Assembly (NCBI GenBank): GCA_949296705.1
Contig: CASFOW010000013.1
Location: forward strand, 1,693-65,692
DNA from: an uncultured bacterium
GTDB taxonomy: Bacteria; Bacillota_I; Bacilli_A; RF39; UBA660
Reading direction: 5' to 3'
DNA length: 64,000 nucleotides
Numbering within the stretch: position 1 is the first letter of the stretch; every line of letters starts with the position of its first letter. Under the pieces are notes generated by a model that worked only from the letters and a program-made list of their open reading frames with translations, did not search any database and was not told where the DNA came from. Shown here piece by piece: positions 11,163 to 20,618 of the stretch. The position numbers and the translations under genes were made by a program.

Positions 11163-11432
11163 CTATTTCTTTTTATTGTCGCCGTGTCCACCAAACTTAC
11201 GTGTAGGTGCGAATTCACCAAGTTTATGTCCTACCATATCTTCAGTTACATAAACTGGAATAAATTCTTTTCCATTATGTACTGCGAATGTATGTCCAAT
11301 AAATGCAGGATAGATAGTTGAACGACGTGACCAAGTTTTAATGACTTCTTTTTTTCCGGTTTCATTTAACTTATTAACCTTATCTAATAATCTTTCAAAA
11401 ACATAAGGTTTTTTCTTTGAACTTCTAGCCAT
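11163..11432 (-). CDS. rpsS: 30S ribosomal protein S19
   Basis: 89 aa. [42 protein letters not shown] is typical S19. Confidence 0.97.
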   Translation of the reverse strand: MARSSKKKPYVFERLLDKVNKLNETGKKEVIKTWSRRSTIYPAFIGHTFAVHNGKEFIPVYVTEDMVGHKLGEFAPTRKFGGHGDNKKK

Positions 11433-11450
11433 TTTTCTAATCTTCCTTTC

Positions 11451-12281
11451 CTATTTACTATTACGACGACGTACGATAAATTTATCAGACGCTTTTTTCT
11501 TACGTGTTTTATAACCAAGTGCTGGTTTACCCCAAGGAGTAACTGGGCCTTTACGACCGATTGGTGCACGTCCTTCACCACCACCATGTGGGTGATCATT
11601 AGGGTTCATTACACTACCACGAACTGTTGGACGAATACCTAAATGACGAGTACGTCCTGCTTTTCCTAATCTAACTAATCCTTTATCTTCGTTACCAACC
11701 TCACCGATTGTTGCATAACAAGTACCAAGAATTAATCTTTGCTCGCCACTTGAAAGTCTTACCATTACGTAATTTCCTTCACGTCCTAGAATTTGTGCTG
11801 ATGCTCCTGCTGAACGAGCAAGCTCTCCTCCCTTACCAGGACGAAGTTCGATATTGTGAATCATCGTACCTACAGGAATATTCATAAGCGGTAAAGCATT
11901 TCCTACTTTAATATCTACGTTTTCTCCGCTAACGATTTTATCTCCTACTTTCAAACTTTTTGGAGCGATGATATATCTCTTTTCACCATCTGAATAATTA
12001 ATTAAGGCAATGTTTGCCGTTCTATTTGGATCGTATTCAATACTAGCAACGGTACCTGGAATATCACGTTTATTACGTTTGAAATCAATAATACGATATT
12101 TTCTCTTAGCTCCGCCACCTTGATGTCTAACAGTAATTCTACCTTGGTTGTTACGACCACCATTTTTCTTTAAGCTAACTACTAGACTTTTTTCTGGAGT
12201 AGACTTAGTAATTTCTTCATTTACTAAAGTACTTCTCTTTCTTTGCCCCGGTGTAATCGGCTTGTAGTTTCTTACTGACAT
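11451..12281 (-). CDS. rplB: 50S ribosomal protein L2
   Basis: 276 aa. The [16 protein letters not shown] and [13 protein letters not shown] signatures are present. Confidence 0.97.
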   Translation of the reverse strand: MSVRNYKPITPGQRKRSTLVNEEITKSTPEKSLVVSLKKNGGRNNQGRITVRHQGGGAKRKYRIIDFKRNKRDIPGTVASIEYDPNRTANIALINYSDGEKRYIIAPKSLKVGDKIVSGENVDIKVGNALPLMNIPVGTMIHNIELRPGKGGELARSAGASAQILGREGNYVMVRLSSGEQRLILGTCYATIGEVGNEDKGLVRLGKAGRTRHLGIRPTVRGSVMNPNDHPHGGGEGRAPIGRKGPVTPWGKPALGYKTRKKKASDKFIVRRRNSK

Positions 12282-12295
12282 GAGTAACCCTCCTT

Positions 12296-12580
12296 CTAAT
12301 TAAGTTCGATTGATTGACCTTCTGCTAAAGTGACAATCGCTTTTTTCGTGCGATTCGTCAATCCAGTATAACGACCAACTCTTCTTTTCTTTGGTTTAAC
12401 ATTAATTGTACGAATTTCTTGTACTTTTACTTTGAATATTTTTTCAATTGCTTGTTTGATTTCGGTTTTATTTGCTCTTGAATCCACTTTAAATACGTAT
12501 TGGTTCTTCATTTGAGCTAAACTACCGGCTTTCTCGGTAATGACTGGCGCTTTGATAATCTCTAAGTATTTAGTATCCAT
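12296..12580 (-). CDS. rplW: 50S ribosomal protein L23
   Basis: 94 aa. [11 protein letters not shown]...YVFKVD is typical L23. Confidence 0.95.
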   Translation of the reverse strand: MDTKYLEIIKAPVITEKAGSLAQMKNQYVFKVDSRANKTEIKQAIEKIFKVKVQEIRTINVKPKKRRVGRYTGLTNRTKKAIVTLAEGQSIELN

Positions 12581-13176
12581 TACTTAAGCACCTCCTCAAT
12601 TGTTTTCATTGCTTCTTTTGTCGTTAAAACAACGTTAGTATTTACTAAGTCTAAGACATTCATTTCTGTAGGTTCAATTACCATAATATTTGGTAGATTT
12701 CTAGATGCAAGAATTAGGTTTTCATCTAATTCATTAACAATGATTAATACTTTTTTCTCGATTAATTCTAAATCACTTAGTACTTTAATCATTTCTTTTG
12801 TCTTAGGTGTTGATAAAACTAACTCGTCTACTACGATAATATTTTTTTCGTTATATAGATTTAAGAAAGCAGTTTGTAATGCTAATCTTCTTTCTTTACG
12901 ATTTTGTTTTTTAGAATAATCTCTAGGAACTGGTGTACCATATCTGCCACCGCCTACCCATTGTACTGCACGGATAGACCCTTGACGAGCATGTCCGGTT
13001 CCTTTTTGACGCCATGGTTTTCTGCCACCGCCACGTACTTCACTACGATTTTTTGTTGAGTGAGTTCCTTGCCTTAATGATGCTTGAGCTAAGATGATTG
13101 CATCATATAAGACTTTTTCATTAGGTTCTATTGCAAGTAACTCTTTATTTAATTTAACGTCCTTTAGTTTTTCCAT
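12580..13176 (-). CDS. rplD: 50S ribosomal protein L4
   Basis: [29 protein letters not shown] is the L4 signature. The start is trimmed to the ATG at 13176 (MEKLKDV...), which has AGGAGG 8 nt upstream; the ORF track starts 8 codons earlier. Confidence 0.95.
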   Translation of the reverse strand: MEKLKDVKLNKELLAIEPNEKVLYDAIILAQASLRQGTHSTKNRSEVRGGGRKPWRQKGTGHARQGSIRAVQWVGGGRYGTPVPRDYSKKQNRKERRLALQTAFLNLYNEKNIIVVDELVLSTPKTKEMIKVLSDLELIEKKVLIIVNELDENLILASRNLPNIMVIEPTEMNVLDLVNTNVVLTTKEAMKTIEEVLK

Positions 13177-13229
13177 CTTTAATTCCTCCTTATCTATCAC
13201 ATTTTACCTTGTTTACTTATTTGTGATGA

Positions 13230-13982
13230 TTATTCGTTAACTTCGGTTTCTTCAGTTTCTACTTCATCTACTGCATCTTGAGCTTCAATTTCAGCTTCTT
13301 GTTCTTGAGTAGTAGGATCATCGTAAGTGATTAGCTCTTCACTATCATTTACTTTTTCTCCTTTTTTTACTGAAGTTTTAATCATAACTAAAGATTTTTT
13401 AGGACCTGGAACGTTACCTTTTACTAAAATAACATTGTTTTCTAAGTCAACATCAACAATTTCAAGGTTTTGGATTGTCGTTGTTTCATGACCCATATGA
13501 CCTGGAAGTTTTTTTCCTTTTAGAACGTGCATTGGTAACATTGTACCTAATGAACCAACACCTCTATGGTATTGACTACCATGTCCCATAGGTCCACGAG
13601 ATTGATTATGTCTCTTGATAACACCTTGGAAACCTTTTCCTTTACTTACCCCTGTTACGTCGACTACTTCTCCTTTTGTGAAGATATCGGCTTTGATTTC
13701 TTGGCCTAGTTCATAATCACTAGTATTTACTCCCCTAATTTCTCTTAAGAAGCGCTTAGGCTCGGTATTTGCTTTGTTGGTATGACCCATTTTTGCTTTG
13801 TTACTAGCTTTGGGTTTAACTGTTTCGTAACCTAATTGGATAGCATCATAGCCTTCATTTGCTACTGTTTTGATTTGAGTAACTACATTAGGTTTTACCT
13901 CGATTACAGTAACTGGAATTAATTTCCCTGAAGTAGTAAATACTTGAGTCATTCCTACTTTTGTACCTAAGATTCCTTTCAT
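13230..13982 (-). CDS. rplC: 50S ribosomal protein L3 with an acidic C-terminal extension of about 40 aa
   Basis: [15 protein letters not shown]...[19 protein letters not shown] is typical L3. The tail [30 protein letters not shown] is additional. Confidence 0.95.
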   Translation of the reverse strand: MKGILGTKVGMTQVFTTSGKLIPVTVIEVKPNVVTQIKTVANEGYDAIQLGYETVKPKASNKAKMGHTNKANTEPKRFLREIRGVNTSDYELGQEIKADIFTKGEVVDVTGVSKGKGFQGVIKRHNQSRGPMGHGSQYHRGVGSLGTMLPMHVLKGKKLPGHMGHETTTIQNLEIVDVDLENNVILVKGNVPGPKKSLVMIKTSVKKGEKVNDSEELITYDDPTTQEQEAEIEAQDAVDEVETEETEVNE

Positions 13983-14000
13983 ACTTTTTTCCTCCTATAA

Positions 14001-14315
14001 TTATTGTTCTACTTTGATTTTAATATCAACACCGCTTGGTAAATCTAAATGCGTTAATGCATCGATTGTTTCCTTGCTTGGGTTCTTGACATCAATAAGT
14101 CTTTTATGTGTACGCATTTCGAATTGTTCACGACTATCTTTATATTTGTGAACAGCTCTTAAAACGGTAAACTTTTCGATCTTTGTTGGTAATGGAACTG
14201 GTCCACTAATTTTTCCACCTGATCTTGTGACCGTTTCTACTATTTTTTTTGCAGCACTGTCTAGAATTCTATGATCATATGCTTGTAAATTGATGCGAAC
14301 ATTTCCTTTTGACAT
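14001..14315 (-). CDS. rpsJ: 30S ribosomal protein S10
   Basis: 104 aa. [39 protein letters not shown] is typical S10. It is the first gene of the S10 operon. Confidence 0.97.
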   Translation of the reverse strand: MSKGNVRINLQAYDHRILDSAAKKIVETVTRSGGKISGPVPLPTKIEKFTVLRAVHKYKDSREQFEMRTHKRLIDVKNPSKETIDALTHLDLPSGVDIKIKVEQ

Positions 14316-14430
14316 TTTGAATCCTCCCTTCGCCTATATCTAGTATAGACATGCTCCGTGTAAATAACCCGATTCCAGTTAACAACTTAACCCGGTGTAT
14401 CAGCAACCTTACACATCTAAGCAGCCACAC
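14316..14430 (-). promoter_or_regulatory. Structured 5' leader of the S10 operon, about 115 nt
   Basis: The stretch between the predicted -10 and the rpsJ SD (GGGAGG) has visibly higher GC than its surroundings. It contains GUGUA...UACAC, an alternative UUACAC partner, and a CUAUA-cuaga-UAUAG hairpin next to the SD. I assert no family assignment. Confidence 0.4.
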
Positions 14431-14437
14431 GCCTAAG

Positions 14438-14466
14438 ATTATAGCATGGCACCTTCTAAAAAGCAA
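14438..14466 (-). promoter_or_regulatory. Sigma-A type promoter of the S10-spc-alpha supercluster
   Basis: Minus strand reads TTGCTT-17 nt-TATAAT. The -35 is at 14461-14466 and the -10 at 14438-14443. Confidence 0.7.
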
Positions 14467-14632
14467 GCACTTTTTGAAGAAATTTGTTTGTTTTTCCAGG
14501 ACTTTTGTAATTTTGACAGAAACTAAGAAACTTTTGAAAAAAATCATGGGTAAATACAGACTAATTTTTTCTATTAAGTTTTTTCGTTTTATAAATGACA
14601 TTTGCAGTTAGATTTTATTATATATAATAAGG

Positions 14633-14673
14633 ATAGAAAAAACAAACAGAACTATTTCTAGCCCTATTTGTTT
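14633..14673 (-). terminator. Possible weak terminator after gpmI
   Basis: Minus strand has AAACAAA...(20-nt loop with a small inner stem)...TTTGTTT followed by TTTCTAT. The stem is AT-rich with a long loop, so support is weak. Confidence 0.3.
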
Positions 14674-14674
14674 A

Positions 14675-16174
14675 TTATTTAGAAAGTAGACTTTCCCCGG
14701 TCATTTCTTTAGGAATCTCTAAATTCATAATATCTAAGATTGTTGGCGCAATATCACCTAGTTTGCCATCATGAGGAACATAGTCAGGGTTGCAGATGAT
14801 AAATGGCACTTTATTGGTTGTATGAGAAGTAATAACGTTGTCATTTTCATCAATCATGAGTTCACAATTTCCGTGATCAGCTGTTACAATAAGCAAGCCT
14901 CCTAATTCTTGAATTTTCGCATAGATTCTTCCTAAGTTCTCATCTACTGCTTCTACTGCTTTAATTGCTGCTTCTAAATTCCCGGTATGCCCTACCATAT
15001 CACAGTTCGCAAAATTCAAGATAATCACATCGTAATTTGCCATAACTTCTTCTAGTTTATCACCAATTTCATAAGCAGACATTTCTGGTGCCATATCATA
15101 GGTAGCTACATCTTTTCTAGGAATGATAATCTTATCCGTACCTGGTAAATTTAATTCTTCACCACCATCAAAAAAGTAAGTAACGTGTGGATATTTGCTT
15201 GCTTCCGCAATACGTAATACTTTTTTTCCGCATTTTGATAAATATACTCCTAAAGAATTAGGTACAGTCACATGAGAATAAGCATTAGTACAAATAATTG
15301 AGTGCTCTACAGGCATCATAGTAACTAGTTTAATATTCTTAAACTTTACGGTATCGAATTCTTTAAAATCTGGATTCGTAATTGCTGTAAAAGTTTGTGT
15401 TGCTCGATCTGGTCTAAAATTAGCGAAAATTAAGCCATCATTTTCTTCAAGATTACTATTTTCATCTAGTCTAGCTGGTTCAATAAATTCATCATAGATC
15501 TTTTTTTGGTACTCTTCTTCAATATAGGCATGATAATCCTTAATAACTGGAGCTTCCTTTTTAACAAGTAAATTATAGTAACGCTCAGTTAGGTTCCACA
15601 TTCTTTCTCTATCCATTGAATAGTAGCGACCAGAAACATCAGCAATACTTCCTAAATTTAGTTCATTAATTTTGGCTTGTAATTGATCTAAGTACTGACA
15701 AGCAACATCAGGAAGTGTGTCTCTTCCGTCTAGAAAAGCATGGACATAAACGCGCTTTACTCCTTCTCTTTTGGCCATATCAAGCAAAGCTAAAATATGA
15801 TTAATGTGAGAATGAATACCACCATCACTTAATAGTCCAAAAATATGTAGCTTAGAATCATTTTCATTGACATGAGCCATTACTTTTTTCAACTCTTTAT
15901 TGTCAAAGAATTTTCCTTCTCTAATTTCTTTGGAAATTAACTCTAAAGGTTGGTAAACAATTCTACCACCGCCAATGTTTAAATGGCCTACCTCAGAATT
16001 TCCCATTTGCCCAGCTGGTAGCCCTACTTGTTCTCCACTTGCCTCTAACTTACTGTGGGGATAAGTATTCCATAAAAAATCAAAAGTAGGTTTACTAGCT
16101 AATTTAACTGCATTTCCTTTAGTTTCTTCTCTTAATCCAAAACCATCAATAATAGTTAATAATATTGGTTTCAT
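14675..16174 (-). CDS. gpmI: 2,3-bisphosphoglycerate-independent phosphoglycerate mutase
   Basis: About 500 aa. ILLTIIDGFG...GNSEVGHLNIGGGR...CDMVGHTG...TADHGN are iPGM motifs. The ATG at 16174 has better SD spacing than the ATG at 16180 listed in the ORF track. Confidence 0.95.
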   Translation of the reverse strand: MKPILLTIIDGFGLREETKGNAVKLASKPTFDFLWNTYPHSKLEASGEQVGLPAGQMGNSEVGHLNIGGGRIVYQPLELISKEIREGKFFDNKELKKVMAHVNENDSKLHIFGLLSDGGIHSHINHILALLDMAKREGVKRVYVHAFLDGRDTLPDVACQYLDQLQAKINELNLGSIADVSGRYYSMDRERMWNLTERYYNLLVKKEAPVIKDYHAYIEEEYQKKIYDEFIEPARLDENSNLEENDGLIFANFRPDRATQTFTAITNPDFKEFDTVKFKNIKLVTMMPVEHSIICTNAYSHVTVPNSLGVYLSKCGKKVLRIAEASKYPHVTYFFDGGEELNLPGTDKIIIPRKDVATYDMAPEMSAYEIGDKLEEVMANYDVIILNFANCDMVGHTGNLEAAIKAVEAVDENLGRIYAKIQELGGLLIVTADHGNCELMIDENDNVITSHTTNKVPFIICNPDYVPHDGKLGDIAPTILDIMNLEIPKEMTGESLLSK

Positions 16175-16221
16175 TTTCATCCTTCTTTCTGTTTCGTTGT
16201 TTCCTTTTTCACTATTCCTAT

Positions 16222-16653
16222 TTAGATAATTCTTTTAAAGACATCGGTACCTTTAGATTGAAAGCCTAATTTTTGATAAATATGACGAGCGATTTTTCTT
16301 TTCGAATTAGACGTTAATTCTAAGTAGCTAATCGCTTCTACTTTAGCCTTTTCAATTACGTATTCCATTAACTTAGTCGCAATTTTTTGCCCACGATAGG
16401 AAGAATCAACGACTACATAATCGATTACATATTTATAAACAAGTTTTAATGGCTCATAGCTTTTTGTCACCAATAAAGTACCTACTACTTTTTTCTTTTC
16501 TGTTACCATGCTAATAAAGAAACACTCTTCTGGTAAGTGAGAAAGGATTTTTTGCTCCTTGTCTTTATCGGCGATACTAAATTCTGTTCGTATCAAGGCT
16601 AAACAGGACGCAATTTCCGTTTTATTCTCCGCATGAAATTCTCTTAATTCCAT
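16222..16653 (-). CDS. GNAT family N-acetyltransferase
   Basis: 143 aa with acetyl-CoA motif A YRGQKIATKLMEYVIEKAK. Its ATG shares 1 nt with the stop of the upstream ATPase gene (TGATG). Confidence 0.8.
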   Translation of the reverse strand: MELREFHAENKTEIASCLALIRTEFSIADKDKEQKILSHLPEECFFISMVTEKKKVVGTLLVTKSYEPLKLVYKYVIDYVVVDSSYRGQKIATKLMEYVIEKAKVEAISYLELTSNSKRKIARHIYQKLGFQSKGTDVFKRII

Positions 16654-17927
16654 CAGTTATTGTCCTTTAAGCAAAATGATGCATATATCGGAATATATTT
16701 TACATTCTTTTTGAGTCCAAAATTATCTTCTGTTATCCTAATTGCCTCGTTAATATTAAATCTACTCATGAATAAAGATAAAGACTTTGCTTTAGAAACA
16801 TTTTTATTCACAATTTCTACCGGAATAATCTTGCCACTTCGTGTTTGAATGACGAATGGTACTTCTGCTTTTCCTTCTGATTGATAATAATATAGATTAT
16901 AACCACTACTCATAATCGCATTCGCTATACTATTTTCGTATAAAATATATTTTAAATTGTCATCAGACAGTAATTTAATTTTGGATAAGTGCATCATCAT
17001 ATAAAGAATACCTGTATCATTTAAATATAATTTAAAACTTTCCACATCTTTACACTTACTAAGTGGTGGAGTTACTTCAGTTACCTTGTGACATTTATAC
17101 ACAATTCCGGTTAAGGATAAATACTCTAAAGCTTTCTCATAGTCTTTGCTTCTACCACCGGTACGCATCAAGCCATACTGGAATTTGCGATTTGGTTTTA
17201 GTAACTGATAAGGGACTATGTTTAACACTTCATTAGCTCTAACGATATCAATCGTATTTTCAATCTCTAAAAGTTCTTTTTTGTAACAGTCTAGGATCTT
17301 TTCCTGAATCATTTTTAATTTTAAATCAGACTCTCCATTTAAATGAGCTTCGACTACTTCTGGCATTCCACCAGTCATTAAGTATTCTTCGTAGTAATCC
17401 AAAGCTAATTGGTGGAAAGGCATCGGCTTATTATTTCGATATGAAGTCTTGATAAATTCGATCAATTCTAGATTATTGACGGCTCTTAGATATTCTTCAA
17501 AGTCCATAGCGAACATGTATTTATACTGTAATTCTTCGCCTTTAAAAACAGGTAGTTTTTCTTTATGAGAAGTAATCATAATGATGTGGTAATCATTTGG
17601 TTCCTTGCCGAATTTCTTTACCCCTTTAACAATTTCCTCATCCCTTACATTATCAATAATCACTAGGGTATCTGTTTTTAAAATAGGTTCTCCTACTAAT
17701 AAAGATAGTTTAGCGATTATTTTATCGATTGTTCGCTCCTTTTTCATAATCGTTAGTAATGGAATATTATTGTCACTATTGATATAAGCTACTGTCTTAT
17801 ACTCTTTCTCGCCAAAATCAATCACACTGTAGGTTTTTCCAATCTGTTTATTTCCATATAGTAATAAAGGCTTTCTGTTAACTTCTTTTTTCCATTTAAG
17901 AAGATCTGCTGTTATTTTTCGTTCCAT
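16653..17927 (-). CDS. AAA-family ATPase (AAA_14 / DUF4143-type ATP-binding protein)
   Basis: Walker A LLLYGNKQIGKTYS and Walker B-like TLVIIDNV, with a long C-terminal domain typical of the DUF4143 group. The ATG at 17927 is preferred because the AAGGAGG SD abuts the earlier ATG at 17936. Confidence 0.75.
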   Translation of the reverse strand: MERKITADLLKWKKEVNRKPLLLYGNKQIGKTYSVIDFGEKEYKTVAYINSDNNIPLLTIMKKERTIDKIIAKLSLLVGEPILKTDTLVIIDNVRDEEIVKGVKKFGKEPNDYHIIMITSHKEKLPVFKGEELQYKYMFAMDFEEYLRAVNNLELIEFIKTSYRNNKPMPFHQLALDYYEEYLMTGGMPEVVEAHLNGESDLKLKMIQEKILDCYKKELLEIENTIDIVRANEVLNIVPYQLLKPNRKFQYGLMRTGGRSKDYEKALEYLSLTGIVYKCHKVTEVTPPLSKCKDVESFKLYLNDTGILYMMMHLSKIKLLSDDNLKYILYENSIANAIMSSGYNLYYYQSEGKAEVPFVIQTRSGKIIPVEIVNKNVSKAKSLSLFMSRFNINEAIRITEDNFGLKKNVKYIPIYASFCLKDNN

Positions 17928-17961
17928 AAATCGCATCCTCCTTACATTATTTCATATTTAC

Positions 17962-17990
17962 ATTATAATTCAAATTGGTTTTATCGTCAA
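17962..17990 (-). promoter_or_regulatory. Consensus-like sigma-A promoter for the ATPase-GNAT-gpmI unit
   Basis: Minus strand reads TTGACG-17 nt-TATAAT. The -35 is at 17985-17990 and the -10 at 17962-17967. Confidence 0.65.
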
Positions 17991-18199
17991 TTCATGGTCG
18001 GTTTTTTCTACCAATTTTTTCTAGTTTTACCGTTTTCTGTTCAACTTTTTCCTTCTTAGAGAAAAAATTGCTTATATAGAAATTCTTTTTACTTAAATTT
18101 TACTTTTTCCGTCTTACTACTTGTAGTTATATTGATTGCTTTAACTTGTATAAATATCCGTAAATGACTGAATAGTATTTTCTCTTTTAATTGAATCCA

Positions 18200-18208
18200 T
18201 GTTATAAT
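18200..18208 (+). promoter_or_regulatory. Extended -10 element (TGTTATAAT) for the plus-strand GNAT gene
   Basis: TGnTATAAT lies 72 nt upstream of the ATG at 18280. There is no good -35. Confidence 0.4.
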
Positions 18209-18279
18209 CAGTTATAGTGATAATCTAAAAAATAATTATCTTGTTCATGGTTAATTTTTCCTTGAACGTAAGGAAGGGA

Positions 18280-18762
18280 ATGAAGCTTAAGATGAAAATA
18301 ACTTTACCTGAATTTACTCTAGAAAAGGTCGATTTTTTTGATGAACAGCATATTCGCTATATTGAAGGACTAATCACTGATCCTGAAGTCAAAAGATTTC
18401 TTCCTTATTTTGAACACGGACTCTATATTTCTAAAAATATAGGTCTATTAAATGCGCATTATGTTCTTGTCAAAGAGAAGAAACCGGTGGGTTATGTCTT
18501 CTTTAGTGCGCCTTTTTTAGAAAATGGAAAACAAAATGCGGAAATTCGTTATATTATTGATCCTAATTATCGGAATCAGGGATTAGGTTCTAAAGCAGTG
18601 CAACAAAGTACCGACTATATTTTAAGTCATGAAAAAATTTCTAACTTAAGGGCATTTATTGATCCAGAGAATTTGGCTAGTCTAGCTGTTATTCAAAAAG
18701 CTGGATTTATAGAAACTGATCAAAACTTAGATGGATTAGGATTTACTAAGCCTAGAAAGTAA
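18280..18762 (+). CDS. GNAT family N-acetyltransferase (RimJ/RimL-like)
   Basis: YRNQGLGSKAVQQSTDYIL is motif A. The start is set at the ATG at 18280 behind AAGGAAGGGA; the ORF track begins at the TTG at 18241. Confidence 0.8.
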   Translation: MKLKMKITLPEFTLEKVDFFDEQHIRYIEGLITDPEVKRFLPYFEHGLYISKNIGLLNAHYVLVKEKKPVGYVFFSAPFLENGKQNAEIRYIIDPNYRNQGLGSKAVQQSTDYILSHEKISNLRAFIDPENLASLAVIQKAGFIETDQNLDGLGFTKPRK

Positions 18763-18770
18763 TCATAGAA

Positions 18771-18798
18771 AAAGGTGTAGCTTAAGTGTTACACCTTT
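18771..18798. terminator. Hairpin between convergent GNAT and spo0A genes (bidirectional terminator)
   Basis: AAAGGTGTA-loop-TACACCTTT followed by TT on the plus strand. It lies between the stops at 18762 and 18799. Confidence 0.6.
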
Positions 18799-19572
18799 TT
18801 ATTTACAATAATCTTTTTGAAATTCTAATCGTAATTTATCGGCAACAGTTACGATAAATTCGGAATTGGTGGGTTTTGCTTTATCGATATCGACACTATG
18901 GCCAAAAATTTCTTCCATCAAATCCCAATCTCCACGATTCCAACTTACTTCAATCGCATGACGAATCGCTCGTTCTACCCGAGAAACCGTCGTATTAAAT
19001 TTTTTCGCAATATCTGGATATAATTCTTTAGTGATACCGCCTATCACTTCCGGTCGTTCATAGAGAATCGATATTCCTTCTCTGATATATTGATATCCCT
19101 TAATATGGGATGGTATTCCTAATTCATGTAATATTTTGGTAATCGAAATTTGTAAATTATTATGGTAGATATCGATTGAGGCATTCATATAGATTTTACT
19201 GTCAGCACAGTCCTCGATTCTTCTTTCTAAATCAGATAATTCAAATGGCTTTAGGATGAAATAACTGATTCCATATTCAGAAACTCTTCTAATCATCTCT
19301 TGGGCATTATAAGAAGTTAGTACAATTACCTTCTTATCAATTTGTTCTTTTCTCATGGCTTCTAGAATAGATAAACCATCCTTTTTGGGCATAATCAAGT
19401 CTAAGATGATGACATCGTAATCACTCTGTCTGGTTTTAATTAATTCTAAGCCTCTTTCTCCATCGTTTGCTTCTAATACTACTTCGATACTAGCGTGATC
19501 TTTAAAGTACTCCTTAATCATGCTTACTAGGTCGATATTATCATCGATCATCAGTACTCTGACTTTATTCAT
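18799..19572 (-). CDS. spo0A: Sporulation master response regulator Spo0A
   Basis: 257 aa. The receiver domain has MIDDN and [11 protein letters not shown]. The C-terminal domain carries the Spo0A-specific helix [19 protein letters not shown]. Confidence 0.93.
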   Translation of the reverse strand: MNKVRVLMIDDNIDLVSMIKEYFKDHASIEVVLEANDGERGLELIKTRQSDYDVIILDLIMPKKDGLSILEAMRKEQIDKKVIVLTSYNAQEMIRRVSEYGISYFILKPFELSDLERRIEDCADSKIYMNASIDIYHNNLQISITKILHELGIPSHIKGYQYIREGISILYERPEVIGGITKELYPDIAKKFNTTVSRVERAIRHAIEVSWNRGDWDLMEEIFGHSVDIDKAKPTNSEFIVTVADKLRLEFQKDYCK

Positions 19573-19651
19573 ATTTTCTCCTTTCGTACTCCACGCAAGT
19601 ATTATTATACACTATATTTTTACAAATAGATACAGAGAATATTGTAAGCTT

Positions 19652-19669
19652 TTGTCAAATGTTGTCGAG
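19652..19669. promoter_or_regulatory. Two tandem 0A-box-like heptamers upstream of spo0A
   Basis: Plus strand has TGTCAAA (19652-19658) and TGTCGAG (19663-19669). Each matches 6/7 of the 0A box TGTCGAA. They are spaced 11 bp apart, 80-97 nt upstream of the spo0A ATG, and overlap a minus-strand TTGACA. Confidence 0.35.
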
Positions 19670-19717
19670 TAGGAAAAAAAATCCACATAGTTTCCCGTTT
19701 TATTGGAACATTATTAA

Positions 19718-19753
19718 GAAAAAAAGAAAAAGAATCACTCATTTTAGCGATTC
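19718..19753 (-). terminator. Intrinsic terminator ending the gap-pgk-...-tpiA transcription unit
   Basis: Minus strand has GAATCGCT-aaaatg-AGTGATTC (8 bp, one G-U) followed by TTTTTCTTTTTTT. It overlaps the stop of the 53-aa ORF. Confidence 0.7.
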
Positions 19754-19905
19754 TTCGATAATGCTTGGGAAGCCATAGCAATAATCAACAAGACCATAAC
19801 TAGTATCATAATCCAGAGAAGTGGATTAGAGTAATGGTTCTCAATAAATTTCTCAATCTCGGTAAATGTTCGATCTAACCAATCAATTACTGCGTTACCT
19901 ATCAT
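19744..19905 (-). CDS. Small hypothetical membrane protein (53 aa, one TM helix)
   Basis: Below the ORF-track cutoff. The ATG at 19905 overlaps the tpiA stop (ATGA). Translation is MIGNAVIDWLDRTFTEIEKFIENHYSNPLLWIMILVMVLLIIAMASQALSKNR. A terminator follows directly. Confidence 0.45.
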   Translation of the reverse strand: MIGNAVIDWLDRTFTEIEKFIENHYSNPLLWIMILVMVLLIIAMASQALSKNR

Positions 19906-20618
19906 ACTTCTTCCTCCGTTTTTTCTATTATTACTTTTAATTTTTCAATATCTAAGCTTGTCCCGCCAATTAAGTAGCCATCTATATTTGAGACAGTCTT
20001 TAATTCTTCAATGTTACTTGCAGATACGCTACCTCCATATAAGACTGGACAACTAACTTGATATTTTTCCTGAATATAATTTTTTATCCATTCTGTGATT
20101 GTTGTAATCTCTTCTGGAGTTGGAATTTTGCCAGTTCCAATTGCCCAAATCGGTTCATAAGCAATGATGATACGTTCTAGATTTGCTTGATTTTGAAAAG
20201 CACTGTCAATTTCTTTCGTCAGAATTTCTTCTCTTTCTGAAATTTCTTCTTCTTTTTCCCCGATACATAAAATAGGAGTCATATCATTTTCTAGAACAAG
20301 TTTTAGCTTTTGATGAATCATCTCTTCACTTTCATTTAAAATATTTCTTCGCTCTGAATGGCCAATAATGGCATAGTTTACATTTAGTGATTTAACTTGC
20401 TCAACAGCAACTTCCCCAGTTAGAGCTCCCATCTTGCGATCGGCTACATTCTGAACACCTAATTCGTAATTTTCTTGATTTTGAAAATATGGTAGGTAAA
20501 TATTACTAGGGCAGAAAACAAGTTTGTTGGTTGATTTTAACGAATAAACTTGCTTAATGTAATTCTCTATTTCTTCTTTTGTTAGATTCATTTTATGATT
20601 ACTTACTATCCATTTCAT
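19902..20618 (-). CDS. tpiA: Triosephosphate isomerase
   Basis: MKWIVSNHKMN..., AIIGHSERR and AYEPIWAIGTG are TIM motifs. The ATG at 20618 has AAGGTGA 5 nt upstream; the ORF track starts at the GTG at 20627. Confidence 0.94.
   Translation of the reverse strand: MKWIVSNHKMNLTKEEIENYIKQVYSLKSTNKLVFCPSNIYLPYFQNQENYELGVQNVADRKMGALTGEVAVEQVKSLNVNYAIIGHSERRNILNESEEMIHQKLKLVLENDMTPILCIGEKEEEISEREEILTKEIDSAFQNQANLERIIIAYEPIWAIGTGKIPTPEEITTITEWIKNYIQEKYQVSCPVLYGGSVSASNIEELKTVSNIDGYLIGGTSLDIEKLKVIIEKTEEEV

Noticed and set aside
10117-11599. Same-strand overlapping ORFs 10117-10320 and 11384-11599.
   Set aside because: These are alternative frames within rpsC/rplP and rplB/rpsS. The conserved ribosomal frames explain the sequence.
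632-13200. N-terminal extensions in the ORF track for rpoA (to 1633), rpsK (to 2001) and rplD (to 13200). The same applies to uvrB, tpiA, VOC and DUF1810 elsewhere in the window.
   Set aside because: The extensions overlap upstream genes or lack an SD. Internal ATGs with well-spaced GGAGG-type SDs give the canonical N-termini.
14275-14611. ORFs 14275-14601 (-) and 14351-14611 (+) upstream of rpsJ.
   Set aside because: They overlap the rpsJ start and the S10 promoter/leader, lack SD sequences and have odd composition. The region is better explained as promoter plus structured leader.
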